The position numbers and the translations under genes were made by a program. Of a stretch of DNA of 64,000 bases, positions 18,038 to 27,939 are shown piece by piece. The stretch's first letter is position 1. Every line of letters starts with the position of its first letter. This DNA comes from Treponemataceae bacterium (GTDB lineage: Bacteria > Spirochaetota > Spirochaetia > Treponematales > Rectinemataceae), in NCBI GenBank assembly GCA_963667725.2, contig CAXXHO010000003.1, forward strand, positions 672,001 to 736,000. The letters run 5' to 3'. Under the pieces are notes generated by a model. It was not told the DNA's origin. It did no database searches and saw only the letters and a list, made by a program, of their open reading frames with translations.

Positions 18038-20905
18038 TTAATGCATGTCGCCCCAGGAATAAGCCGACTCCATGCTCACCCTCAACGGAATGGAAAGTTC
18101 GGCCGCCGCCTCCATTTCCTTTTTTATGATGACGCAGGCGGCTTCGACGCTCGCCTCGGGAGCCTCGAACACGAGTTCGTCGTGCACCTGGAGGAGCATC
18201 GTGACTTCGGGCATTTTCTCTCGCAGCTCGGCGTCGACGAGGAGCATGGCCCTTTTCACGATGTCGGCGGCCGTCCCCTGGATGGGCGTGTTCACCGCGA
18301 CGCGCTGGGCCGCCTGCCGCTCCGTCTTGTTCCTCGAGTTGATCGCGTCTATTTTTCGTCTTCGGCCGAACATCGTCGTGGAATATCCCGACGCTTCGGT
18401 TTCGGCTATCGTCTTCTGGATGAAGCCCGCCACGCCCGAGTACGTGGTGAAATAGGCGTCGATGAAGCCCTGGGCCTTAGCGTTCGGTATGCCTAGGTCC
18501 CTAGCCAGCCTGAAGGCGCTCATGCCGTAGATCACGCCGAAATTGATGGTCTTGGCGACCCTGCGATGTTCAGGCGTCACCGCGGCCTCGTCGATCCCGA
18601 AGATGAAGGCGGCGGTGCGCTTGTGGATGTCGACGCCTTCCTTGAACGCGGCGATGAGGTTCGCGTCGCCCGAAAGATGAGCCATCACCACGAGCTCGAT
18701 CTGGGAATAGTCGGCCGAAATGAGGCGCTGGCCGGGCGCGGCCGTGAACGACGCACGTATCCGCCTGCCTTCCTCGTCGCGTATCGGAATGTTTTGGAGG
18801 TTGGGATCCTTGCTGGAGAGCCTCCCCGTGGCCGCGCCCGTCTGTATGTAGGTCGTGTGGACGCGGCCCGAGGGCGTGCGTTCGGCGAGTTCAGCCAACG
18901 TGTCGATATAGGTGTTCTTGAGCTTGGCAAGCTGCCGCTGGCGCAGAATGAGCTGCGGAACGGGGTCGAGAGGCGCCAGTTCCTCCAGGACAGTCGTGTC
19001 GGTCGAATACCCAGTCTTCGTGCGCTTCTGCGGAGGCAGCTTCCGTTCCACGAAGAGCACTTCCTGCAGCTGTTTCGTCGAGGCGAGGTTGAAATCGTGG
19101 CCGACGAGTTCCCAAACCTTCTTTTCGATGTCGCGGAGCTCGGCCTCGAGCTCGACGCCGTATTTGCGCAGTTCTCCGGCGTTGACGACGATGCCCTTCT
19201 CCTCCATCTCGGCGAGCACGGGGATGAGAGGCATTTCCATGTAACTGAAAATATCCTCGAGCTTTTCGCGCTTGAGTTCTTCGCTTAAGAGGAGATGCAG
19301 GCGGAGCGTGAAGTCGGCGTCCTCCGACGCATAACGCGTAGCGAGGGCGATGGGCACGGAATCGAAGGTCTTGCCCTTTTCGACGACCGATTCGTAACTG
19401 AGCCCCGACAGGCCGAGGAGCCGCTCGGAAAGGCTCTCGAGGGAGAAGGAATTGGATTCGGCGTCGAGAATCCAGGCCGCTATCATGGTGTCGAAGATGC
19501 GGTTGCCGATAGTGAGTCCGATTCTCTTCATTATATGGAAATCGTATTTAATGTTGTGTCCGACGATGAGCGCTTTCGACGCGAACAGCCGCTTCAATTG
19601 ACGTTGCGCGGCATCAATAGGGACGGTCGGCGAATCGGGCGACTTGAGCGGAACGTAGAACGCTTCCTTGGGAGTCTTCGAAAGCGAAAAACCGACGATG
19701 TTCGCCACTATGGCGTCGATGCTGTCCGTTTCCGTGTCGAAGGCGAAGGTTCCCGCGGCGATGCACGCGTCCACGAGGGAGCCGAGTTCCTCCTCTGTCG
19801 TGACGGCCAGATATGTTCCGTCGCCCTTGAGATCCTCGGGCGAAAGGTTGAGCGACGCGGATGGCGCTGGCGGCGTGGACGATACCGACTGCGCTGACGG
19901 CGCGGGGGCGGCGTCAAGATCATTCTCGTCGAAAAGGCCGCCGACCATCGCCTTCCTTTTAGGATCGGCGCGGACCGATGTCACGGCCGCAGCTCCCGCG
20001 ACGGCCGGGGAAGCCGCCGGCACTGAGACTTCGCCCAACGCTAGGCTCTTCATCCCTTCCCTCAAGAAGATAATCGAGGCGGCCGCCCTGTCGAGCGCAT
20101 CCACGTGGAGTTCGTCCAGCGAGGAAAGCCCAAGGGGCAATTCGTCGGCGAGCGTTATAAGCTTGCGCGAGAGGGCGGCATCTTCCCGCCCGGCTTCCAG
20201 CTTCGCCTTCAGCGAATCGGGTTTGACGCTGTCGAGGGAGGCGTAGATGCCATCGACCGTCCTGAACTGCGAGAGCAGCTTGAGGGCGGTTTTGTCCCCG
20301 ATGCCGCGCACGCCGGGAATATTGTCGGAGGCGTCGCCAGTGAGCGACAGATAGTCGAGGATCCTGTCGGGACCCACGCCCCATTCGACCTCAACTTCCG
20401 CCGAGTCCAGCTCCTTGAAACCGAAACCTTCCTGGGGACGAAGCGCCTTGACGCTCCCGCCGACGAGCTGGAGGAGGTCTTTGTCGCCGGAGACGACATA
20501 GCAGTCTCTCTCTTCCCTGCGGCTCCTCTTGGCGATGGTCGCTATCACGTCGTCGGCCTCGTAGCCTTCGGCCCTCAGCATGGGAACCTTCAACGCCGCG
20601 AGAATTTCCTCGACCATGGGAACCTGGTCTATGAGATCCTCGGGCGTCTTCTGGCGGGTGGCCTTGTAGGCATCATACATCTCGTGCCTGAAGGTTTTCC
20701 CCTTCGAATCGAAGACGGCCGCGAAGGCGTCGGGTTTTCGCTGATCGAAAAGCGAGAAGAGAAATCTGAAGAAGCCATAGACGGCCGACACGTTCCTGCC
20801 CGAGGAATTCCTCAAAGGCCTGGACAGAAAGGCGAAATAGGAACGGTAGACGATGGCGTAGACATCGAGGATATAGAGGGAGGGTTTCATGGGGGCTTCT
20901 TTCAT
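18038..20905 (-). CDS. polA: DNA polymerase I
   Basis: 5'-3' exonuclease (EADD, GDKD, GDASDNIPG), 3'-5' exonuclease (FDTET, HNIKYD), and polymerase motifs DYSQIEL, KTINFGVIYG and QVHDEL. Confidence 0.97.
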   Translation of the reverse strand: MKEAPMKPSLYILDVYAIVYRSYFAFLSRPLRNSSGRNVSAVYGFFRFLFSLFDQRKPDAFAAVFDSKGKTFRHEMYDAYKATRQKTPEDLIDQVPMVEEILAALKVPMLRAEGYEADDVIATIAKRSRREERDCYVVSGDKDLLQLVGGSVKALRPQEGFGFKELDSAEVEVEWGVGPDRILDYLSLTGDASDNIPGVRGIGDKTALKLLSQFRTVDGIYASLDSVKPDSLKAKLEAGREDAALSRKLITLADELPLGLSSLDELHVDALDRAAASIIFLREGMKSLALGEVSVPAASPAVAGAAAVTSVRADPKRKAMVGGLFDENDLDAAPAPSAQSVSSTPPAPSASLNLSPEDLKGDGTYLAVTTEEELGSLVDACIAAGTFAFDTETDSIDAIVANIVGFSLSKTPKEAFYVPLKSPDSPTVPIDAAQRQLKRLFASKALIVGHNIKYDFHIMKRIGLTIGNRIFDTMIAAWILDAESNSFSLESLSERLLGLSGLSYESVVEKGKTFDSVPIALATRYASEDADFTLRLHLLLSEELKREKLEDIFSYMEMPLIPVLAEMEEKGIVVNAGELRKYGVELEAELRDIEKKVWELVGHDFNLASTKQLQEVLFVERKLPPQKRTKTGYSTDTTVLEELAPLDPVPQLILRQRQLAKLKNTYIDTLAELAERTPSGRVHTTYIQTGAATGRLSSKDPNLQNIPIRDEEGRRIRASFTAAPGQRLISADYSQIELVVMAHLSGDANLIAAFKEGVDIHKRTAAFIFGIDEAAVTPEHRRVAKTINFGVIYGMSAFRLARDLGIPNAKAQGFIDAYFTTYSGVAGFIQKTIAETEASGYSTTMFGRRRKIDAINSRNKTERQAAQRVAVNTPIQGTAADIVKRAMLLVDAELREKMPEVTMLLQVHDELVFEAPEASVEAACVIIKKEMEAAAELSIPLRVSMESAYSWGDMH

Positions 20906-21426
20906 CGTGCCTTCTTGGATTCTTCGTACGCTTCGATGATCTGGTAGGCGGCGTTGATTCTCGTGCTCGTCTCGGTGGCTTTTTTGAGCTGATCGGGCGT
21001 GGAGGCGTTCCTGTCGGGGTGGTATTTGAAGAGGAGCTTCTTGTAGGCCGCCTTCACTTCCGCGAAGGGGCTGTAGGGCTTGAGGCCTAGATATTTATAG
21101 GCATCCTCGATGACGGCGTTCGTGGCATCAGCCGAGGCATCGGCCGAGGCTCTATTGCCCCAGGATGTCCGGTAGCGCCGGTTTTGGTCTTCCCTGGCTC
21201 GCCGCTCGCGTTCGGCCTGCGCCCGCTGTTCCTCGGCTTCGCGCTTCTCGCTCTCGGTTTTGCTCGTGTCGAGGAAATCGTCCAGTTCGGCCATGGCGGC
21301 GTCCATATCCGGGTCGCCATAGGTCTGCCGCGTTCCGGCCCTGCCGTATGAAGAAGCCGCCGCCGATGTACCGGAACTGGCCCACGCTTTCACCAACTTT
21401 TCCAGACGCTCGAAAATCTGATCCAC
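20902..21426 (-). CDS. C-terminal J-domain protein
   Basis: AYKYLGL...KAAYKKLLFKYHPDRN...INAAY (HPD motif); GTG start; stop overlaps the polA ATG. Confidence 0.85.
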   Translation of the reverse strand: MDQIFERLEKLVKAWASSGTSAAASSYGRAGTRQTYGDPDMDAAMAELDDFLDTSKTESEKREAEEQRAQAERERRAREDQNRRYRTSWGNRASADASADATNAVIEDAYKYLGLKPYSPFAEVKAAYKKLLFKYHPDRNASTPDQLKKATETSTRINAAYQIIEAYEESKKAR

Positions 21427-21456
21427 CCCTAGCTCCTTGACCCTGACTCTTGCGCT

Positions 21457-21485
21457 ACTCTACCGCAGGGACGGGGCATTTTCAA
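21457..21485 (-). promoter_or_regulatory. Putative sigma70 promoter for the J-domain/polA operon
   Basis: Minus strand TTGAAA-N17-TAGAGT. Confidence 0.5.
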
Positions 21486-21498
21486 TGGCCGACGGGCT

Positions 21499-21532
21499 TT
21501 GCCAAAAAGCCTCGGTGCATGTATCATGCATC
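21499..21532 (+). promoter_or_regulatory. sigma70 promoter of psuK with overlapping operator-like repeat
   Basis: TTGCCA-N17-TATCAT; the -10 is covered by ATGTATC-ATGCATC and by the inverted repeat TGCATG-TAT-CATGCA. Confidence 0.65.
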
Positions 21533-21546
21533 TTAGGACATATGCT

Positions 21547-22548
21547 ATGGAAAACCACGAAAACGCGCGCGTCGTCGTCGTAGGCGGCGCCAACATCGAT
21601 ATACAAGGCACCTCCAGGGGTGCCTTCGTGCTCGGCGATTCCAACCCGGGAACCATCGCGCGCGCCTGCGGCGGCGTGGGGCGCAACATCGCCGAGAACT
21701 GCGCCAGACTGGGACTTTCGACATGGCTCATCACGGCCTTCGGCGACGATGAGGACGCGCGCTTCCTCCAATCCGACTGCGAGCGCAAAGGCATCGTCGT
21801 GAGCGCGAGTCTTAGCGCTCAGGCGCCCACCGCGCGCTATATCTGCGCCATAAATAACGATGGATCCCTCGTCGCGGCGGTAGCCGACATGGTTATCGTC
21901 GACTTGCTGACGCCCGAATTCCTCGCGTCCAGAAAATCCTATCTCGATTCGGCGGACTATATCGTCGCCGACGCCAACCTTCCGGCCTCGAGCCTGGCTT
22001 GGCTCGCCCAAGGCTACGGCAGAACGGAGAGGGCGGCGACAGGCAGGCGGTCTCCACGCCTCTTCCTCGATACCGTTTCCTCGGCCAAAGCGGTCAAAGC
22101 CAAAGACCTGACAGGCGACTTCGACTTCATGAAACCCAACAGGGCCGAGGCGGCCATACTCGCGGACTTTGCGGGCTTCGCGGGGACGGAAGCCGTCGAG
22201 CCCGAAACCCTCTGCGCGGCGATGGCTTCCAAAGGGAAAACCCCCGGCGAGCTCTTCATATCCCTTGGCGAAGAGGGAATATATTATTATACACATATAG
22301 CGGATTGCGGACGCGTTGGTCTCCCCGCGCCGGAATTGAGGCCAGTCTCGATAAACCGTTCGGGCGCCGGCGACGCGGCCTGCGCCGCCTTGGTCTGGGC
22401 TGACGCCAGAGGCTATGGAATGAGGGATAAGGCTCGCTACGCCCTCGCAGCGGCCATGCTGACGGCGGCTTCGCCCGAACCCGTGGCTTCCGACCTGAAC
22501 GAAACCGTCCTTGAGACGCGCACGCGCCTTATGTTTCCCGAGGAGTGA
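21547..22548 (+). CDS. psuK: PfkB-family kinase, probable pseudouridine kinase
   Basis: GGANIDI, GGVGRNIAEN, KPN and SGAGDA motifs; adjacent to psuG. Confidence 0.78.
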   Translation: MENHENARVVVVGGANIDIQGTSRGAFVLGDSNPGTIARACGGVGRNIAENCARLGLSTWLITAFGDDEDARFLQSDCERKGIVVSASLSAQAPTARYICAINNDGSLVAAVADMVIVDLLTPEFLASRKSYLDSADYIVADANLPASSLAWLAQGYGRTERAATGRRSPRLFLDTVSSAKAVKAKDLTGDFDFMKPNRAEAAILADFAGFAGTEAVEPETLCAAMASKGKTPGELFISLGEEGIYYYTHIADCGRVGLPAPELRPVSINRSGAGDAACAALVWADARGYGMRDKARYALAAAMLTAASPEPVASDLNETVLETRTRLMFPEE

Positions 22549-22552
22549 TTCG

Positions 22553-23473
22553 ATGAACAAATACCTGGATATCGCCGAAGATGTGAAGTCAGCCCTCGCG
22601 GCGGGCAGGCCCGTCGTGGCCCTCGAGTCGACCATAATCAGCCACGGCATGCCCTGGCCGAAAAATCTCGATACCGCCCTCGAAGTGGAAGAGGCGGTGA
22701 GGGCGGCCGGAGCCCTGCCCGCCACGGTGGCCATCATAGGCGGCCGGCTGAAGGCCGGGCTCTCCCGCGCCGAGCTCGAGCGCCTCGCGAAAGCCGGTCC
22801 CTCCGTGACGAAGGCTTCCAGGCGCGACTTCCCGCGTCTCCTCGCCGAAGGCGGCATGGGAGCCACCACCGTGGCGGGCACAATGATCGTGGCCTCCATG
22901 GCAGGGATCAGGATTTTCGCGACGGGCGGGATGGGCGGCATCCACAGGGGCGCCGAGAGCACCTGGGACATCTCCGCTGACCTCGAGGAACTGTCGTGGA
23001 CAAGCGTAGCCGTCGTCTGCGCGGGCGCGAAGTCCATCCTCGATCTTCCCAAGACCCTCGAATACCTCGAAACGAAGGGCGTGCCCGTCATCGGCTACCG
23101 GACCCAGGAGCTTCCCGCCTTCTATACGAGCCATTCCGGAATAATGCTCGAGGAGAGGGCCGAGAGTCCCTCCGAGATCGCCGCCATGCTCGAGGCGAAA
23201 TGGGCGGTGGGACTCGATGGCGGCGTCGTGGTGGCCAACCCCATTCCAGAAGAATTTTCCATGGATCCCGAAACCATCAATCCGGCCATAGACACTGCCG
23301 TCGCTGATGCCCGCAGGCTGGGGATAAGCGGGAAAAGGCTCACTCCCTTTCTCCTCGCCAGGATAGTCGAACTCACGGGAGGGGACAGCCTTGAATCCAA
23401 CATCGCCCTCGTCAAGCACAACGCGGCGCTCGCGGCGGTCATAGCTTCCGCTTATGCGTCCATTCGCCGATAA
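22553..23473 (+). CDS. psuG: Pseudouridine-5'-phosphate glycosidase
   Basis: VALESTIISHGMP, SRRD, ATTVAGT, GGIHRG, DISADL, GAKSILD and TPFLL motifs. Confidence 0.93.
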   Translation: MNKYLDIAEDVKSALAAGRPVVALESTIISHGMPWPKNLDTALEVEEAVRAAGALPATVAIIGGRLKAGLSRAELERLAKAGPSVTKASRRDFPRLLAEGGMGATTVAGTMIVASMAGIRIFATGGMGGIHRGAESTWDISADLEELSWTSVAVVCAGAKSILDLPKTLEYLETKGVPVIGYRTQELPAFYTSHSGIMLEERAESPSEIAAMLEAKWAVGLDGGVVVANPIPEEFSMDPETINPAIDTAVADARRLGISGKRLTPFLLARIVELTGGDSLESNIALVKHNAALAAVIASAYASIRR

Positions 23474-23488
23474 AAGAAGGAGTCTTTC

Positions 23489-24241
23489 ATGAAAATTGTC
23501 CGTTTCCTCCATGAAGCCAAGGAAACTTATGGCATCCTCGAGGGGTCCATGATTCGAATAGCCTCAGGCACGCCTTTTGGCGCCTTCGAGACAACCGGAG
23601 CGACCGTTCCACTGTCGGCCGTGAAGCTTCTCTCGCCATGCATGCCCCGCAAGGCCCTCTGCATCGGTCTCAACTACCGCGACCACGCGGTGGAGTTCGG
23701 GCTCGCCATTCCCAAGACTCCCGTCTTTTTTATAAAGCCTTCAACGGCTGTCATCGCCCCTTTCGATTACATTGAGCGGCCGGCCATGTCTAGACAAGTG
23801 GAGTTTGAGGGGGAATTCGTCGTCGTGATCGGAAAGAAAGCAAAGAATGTACCGGCCGCCGATGCCTCCGGCTATATACTCGGCTACACCTGCGGTAACG
23901 ATGTCACCGCGCGCGATCTTCAGCCCAAGGAAGGGCAATGGACAATGTCTAAATCATTCGACAGCTTTCTGCCTTTCGGTCCCTGGATCGAGACGGAATT
24001 GGATCCCTCGTCGCTAAAGATCCAAACCTTTCTCAACGGCCAGGCGAAACAGTCGTCCACTACCGCCAACCTCATTTTCGCCGTTCCGAAGCTCGTGGAA
24101 TACCTCTCCGCGATTATGACCCTTGAGCCTGGAGACATCATTATGACGGGCACTTCTTCGGGTGTGGGGCCTATGCAGGCGGGAGACGAGGTCGTCGTCG
24201 AGATCGAGGGCATAGGCCGACTCGTGAATCCCGTGCGCTGA
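23489..24241 (+). CDS. Fumarylacetoacetate hydrolase family protein
   Basis: IGLNYRDH, FIKP, EGE, NDVTARD, KSFD and PGDIIMTGT motifs. Confidence 0.9.
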   Translation: MKIVRFLHEAKETYGILEGSMIRIASGTPFGAFETTGATVPLSAVKLLSPCMPRKALCIGLNYRDHAVEFGLAIPKTPVFFIKPSTAVIAPFDYIERPAMSRQVEFEGEFVVVIGKKAKNVPAADASGYILGYTCGNDVTARDLQPKEGQWTMSKSFDSFLPFGPWIETELDPSSLKIQTFLNGQAKQSSTTANLIFAVPKLVEYLSAIMTLEPGDIIMTGTSSGVGPMQAGDEVVVEIEGIGRLVNPVR

Positions 24242-24280
24242 GGGCGAACCGTATGGCGAGGCACCGACGTCGTTCGCGCT

Positions 24281-25480
24281 TTATTTCCTCGAAGCCTCGT
24301 CGTATCCGAAAGCGAGGGCTAGGAGCGCCGTCATCCCTGCTTCCAGCGCCTCGTCGTTGAAATCGAAGGCGGGGTTGTGGAGCTTGGGCCAGTCCTTTCC
24401 CAATCCCAGCCTCATGAAGGCTCCGGGAATCCTGTCCAGGTAATAGGCGAAGTCCTCGGTTCCCATCGAGGGTATGAAGTCTTCCGACCACGAGGCTTCG
24501 CCCATGGTTGAGATGATGATGGATCGCGCCGTTTCCACGCTTTTCCTGTCGTTGATCGTGGGAATATAGCCTTCGAAGAGGGTGAAACTGTTCGTGCAGC
24601 CCAGGGCGGCGCAGGTGTTGGATACGACCGAGCGCATCTTGTCGCCGAGATAGTCCCGAAGTTCTTTGTCGAAATAGCGTATCGTCCCCTCAAGAACCAC
24701 TTCGTCGGGAATCACGTTGCGCGTGCTCCCCCCATGGAGGGAGCAGACGGAGATGACGACGGGCTTCAACGGGTCGACGTTCCGCGACGCTATCGTCTGC
24801 AGCGCGATTATAGACTGGGCGGCGGCCACCACCGGGTCTATCGCCTCGTGAGGCATGCCCCCATGTCCGCCTTTCCCTTTTATCGTGATCGAGAAACTGT
24901 CAGCGGCCGCCATCGCCGGACCGGGAGCGCAGCTTATCTTCCCCGCAGGGAGGCCGCACCATCCATGGAAGGCGAAGGCGACGCTGGCCTTGGGCTCAAG
25001 CTCGAGTAGTCCTTTTTCGATGAGCGCCTTGCCTCCGCCTATCTCCTCCTCAGCCGGCTGGAAAACGAAGCGGACATTGCCCGCGAGGTCACCCGCGAAT
25101 TCGCCCGCGACTTTCATGGCGCCGAGCAACATAGCCATATGGCCGTCGTGTCCGCAGGCGTGGGATCTTCCTTGAGTGACGGAGCTCCAGGGCCTGCCCG
25201 AACATTCCTGAATCGGAAGCGCGTCGATATCGGCCCGCAGAAGCACCGTCGGGCCTGGCCGTCCTCCTCGAAGGAGGGCTACAGTGTCGGTTCCGATCAG
25301 TGGTTCCATCAGCTCGACGCAGCAGCCAGCCGCGAAATCCCTGATGATGGCCATCGTTTCCCGCTCTTCGAATTTCAGCTCCGGCAGGCCGTGTAATCTG
25401 TGGCGCAGCTGCATCACGGATGGCGATATCTCGTGAACCCTGTCGACGATGTTTCTTGACAAGCTCGGTTTCATATTCAT
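24281..25480 (-). CDS. M20D-family amidohydrolase
   Basis: RADIDALP, HACGHDGH, FQPAEE, GGHG, EDF and LHNP motifs. Confidence 0.9.
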   Translation of the reverse strand: MNMKPSLSRNIVDRVHEISPSVMQLRHRLHGLPELKFEERETMAIIRDFAAGCCVELMEPLIGTDTVALLRGGRPGPTVLLRADIDALPIQECSGRPWSSVTQGRSHACGHDGHMAMLLGAMKVAGEFAGDLAGNVRFVFQPAEEEIGGGKALIEKGLLELEPKASVAFAFHGWCGLPAGKISCAPGPAMAAADSFSITIKGKGGHGGMPHEAIDPVVAAAQSIIALQTIASRNVDPLKPVVISVCSLHGGSTRNVIPDEVVLEGTIRYFDKELRDYLGDKMRSVVSNTCAALGCTNSFTLFEGYIPTINDRKSVETARSIIISTMGEASWSEDFIPSMGTEDFAYYLDRIPGAFMRLGLGKDWPKLHNPAFDFNDEALEAGMTALLALAFGYDEASRK

Positions 25481-26793
25481 TAGCCTTCGATACTCGTTTT
25501 TGGGAGGATATAGCTGTCATTGACAACGGCGAGGTCCCGAGCCCCATCCCGAAAAGCCTCTGCGGTCGCGCTGTCGAGATCCCCCAAGATTGGCGCGCCC
25601 AGGAGGTTATGACCCACGATAGAGCGGTTGTTCGTCACGATTCTCAACGTGCATCGTTCGCTGATGCGGCGGATGGCATAGGATGCCACGGCCGCCAAGG
25701 GATCTTCAAGCTTTCCGGAATCGAGGACAGCCAGGATTTCCGCGGGGCTTTTCTCGAGAAGAGAGATGAACTCCGGGTGGTCGCCCAAACCTTCGTCGAG
25801 CGGCGTGACGAGGACGAGAGTCCCGCCATCCTTGACGAGCAGCTCCCCGTTGTAGAAGCCCTTGCCGCTCTGCCATAGGTCTGTGGTCGCTGGGTAGGCC
25901 GAGACCACCACGAGGTCATGTTTTTTCTCGAACGAGGTGGCCATGAAGTCTTCGGCGATGGAGACGCTTCTTTCAAAGGCAGCATGAGGGTTGCCCGCCA
26001 CGACGCCGACGAGACCGCCGATCGTGGGGATACAGTTGACGCTGTATTTCAGCCCCGCGAGATCGCCGATCCTGTCGATGAACCCCCTGAACCAGTTGTC
26101 CTTCTGTCCGGGGATGATATGTTCTTCGATGATGGATTTGTAGTGGCAGCGATAGATCGTTTCGTACCCCGTCAGGCCTGGGCAGACGATCTTGGCGCCG
26201 CCCGACCAGCCCGAGAACTTGTGGGCCACGAGGCTGCCGATGCCGATCACCGTGCCCGCGTCCCTCAGGTTCTTGTTGAGAAGAACGGGAATGCCATCGA
26301 TAATCCCGGCTTTGTACAGTTCCCCGGAATTCATGCAGTCATGCAGGATAATTTCCACGCGGCCGTAAAGCCCGCCAACTTTCATGCGGAGTTCTCGTTC
26401 GTTCATAGGCCTGTGCGTGCCGGCCGAAACCAGGATCATTGTCTGCGCGTCCGAGAGGCCCATGGCGTTCAGCCGCTCCTGAAGCCTCTCCAGAATAGGA
26501 GCCGTCGGGGTTCCCCGGGTATGATCGTCGATGGCGTAGATCACGCGTTTCCGCGGGTTGACTATGTCCTCGAGGGCCTGTCCGTGACGGGAAGATATGG
26601 CTTCGTCGATCGCCCCGAGCAGCGTGGCGCCCTGTCTCGGCAATGGTCCGGGCAGGCTCTGCGCGAAGCGTACCGATTTCGCGACCGATCCGTCGAGGAC
26701 GATCGAATTCGCGGAGTCGAGCCTTACCTCGATAGAGGAAAATTTGGATCTAGAGAGAACCTTCGCAGCATTCATCTTCGCGATTCCTTCCAT
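25480..26793 (-). CDS. LarA-family nickel-pincer alpha-hydroxyacid racemase/epimerase
   Basis: DHTR, AGTHR, HKFSGWSGGAK..PG, downstream His (RCH) and WQSGKG motifs. Confidence 0.85.
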   Translation of the reverse strand: MEGIAKMNAAKVLSRSKFSSIEVRLDSANSIVLDGSVAKSVRFAQSLPGPLPRQGATLLGAIDEAISSRHGQALEDIVNPRKRVIYAIDDHTRGTPTAPILERLQERLNAMGLSDAQTMILVSAGTHRPMNERELRMKVGGLYGRVEIILHDCMNSGELYKAGIIDGIPVLLNKNLRDAGTVIGIGSLVAHKFSGWSGGAKIVCPGLTGYETIYRCHYKSIIEEHIIPGQKDNWFRGFIDRIGDLAGLKYSVNCIPTIGGLVGVVAGNPHAAFERSVSIAEDFMATSFEKKHDLVVVSAYPATTDLWQSGKGFYNGELLVKDGGTLVLVTPLDEGLGDHPEFISLLEKSPAEILAVLDSGKLEDPLAAVASYAIRRISERCTLRIVTNNRSIVGHNLLGAPILGDLDSATAEAFRDGARDLAVVNDSYILPKTSIEG

Positions 26794-26822
26794 GGTAAAA
26801 TCGTATAAACCTTCGCGGGAGT

Positions 26823-27872
26823 CTATTTCGCAAGGGCGCGGATGTCGTCAAGCAGGGAGTTCGGCAGCCGTACGCCATTCTTCATCGAATTAGCCCTTGC
26901 CGTCATTTCTTTCTCTCCGTGGAAGTATATCTTATCCTTTCCTGCGGACCTGGGGCTGGCGCAGAGCCTGTCCATGATGTCCTGCACCTTGGCCTTGATA
27001 GCCTGAGCGTCGCCGAAGGCTTCCACGCGGATCGCGCCGAAGAAGTGGCAGACGCCACCTCCCTGGTCGGTGTAAGTGTCGCGGCTCATCTGTCCTAGCG
27101 ACAAGCCCGCGGAAAGCAGGTCAACGAGGGTAGCCAGGCCGAATCCCTTATGGCCGCCGAATCCTTCGCCTTCCCCGCCTAAAGGAAGGATGCCGCCATA
27201 GGAGTGCGTGTTGAAGTTGTGGATGACGGCTTCGGCATCAGTGGTTCGAGAGCCGTCCTCATCTACGGCCCAGCCCTCGGGTATCGGCTCTCCGGCGCGG
27301 AGCTTCACTTCTATCTTGCCCCTTGGAACTACGCTCGTCGCCATGTCCATATGGAAGGGAACCCTTGTGCCGGGGATGCAGACGGCGATGGGATTCGTTC
27401 CGAGCATGGCTTCCCTTCCGAAGGTGGGGACGACCAGAGGATAGGTATTGGTCATCGAGATTCCTATCATGCCTCTTTTCTGCGCCAGCTCCGAGTAATA
27501 ACCCGCGATCCCGAAATGGTTGGAATTCCTGACTGTGGCGAAGCAGATATAGCTTGCCTCGGCCTTCTCGATGCAGCGCTCCATGGCGAAAATCGATACG
27601 TGCTGTCCTAAACCCCTGTTTCCGTCCACCACGAGGGAGACTGGGGTCTCGAAGACGATCTCGGGCTCGGCCTCGGGGCGGATGAACCCTTGTTTCGCCT
27701 CGCTGAGATAGCGGGTCAGGCGGACGACGCCGTGGGAACGGATCCCTCTCGAGTCCGCCTCGACCAGCACGCGAGCCGCTTCCTCGCTCTTGTCGGCCGG
27801 AAATCCGGCGCGCTGGAGAGCGGCGGCGGAAATCTTCACGAGTTCTTCAAAATCGATCACGATGTCTTCCAA
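26823..27872 (-). CDS. Ldh_2 family (malate/L-lactate/ureidoglycolate dehydrogenase-like) oxidoreductase
   Basis: SHG, NSNHFG, GTNP, DMATS and LPLGG..GHKGFGL motifs; TTG start at 27872 behind GGAGG. Confidence 0.88.
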   Translation of the reverse strand: MEDIVIDFEELVKISAAALQRAGFPADKSEEAARVLVEADSRGIRSHGVVRLTRYLSEAKQGFIRPEAEPEIVFETPVSLVVDGNRGLGQHVSIFAMERCIEKAEASYICFATVRNSNHFGIAGYYSELAQKRGMIGISMTNTYPLVVPTFGREAMLGTNPIAVCIPGTRVPFHMDMATSVVPRGKIEVKLRAGEPIPEGWAVDEDGSRTTDAEAVIHNFNTHSYGGILPLGGEGEGFGGHKGFGLATLVDLLSAGLSLGQMSRDTYTDQGGGVCHFFGAIRVEAFGDAQAIKAKVQDIMDRLCASPRSAGKDKIYFHGEKEMTARANSMKNGVRLPNSLLDDIRALAK

Positions 27873-27939
27873 TGTATCCTCCGTTGTGAGGGCGCCAGAG
27901 ACGCCGTCGCCCGAAATGTCGCCGCCCCATGGCCGCGGA

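Noticed and set aside
21460..23091. 543-aa minus-strand ORF
   Set aside because: Antisense shadow of psuK/psuG in high-GC DNA; no motifs
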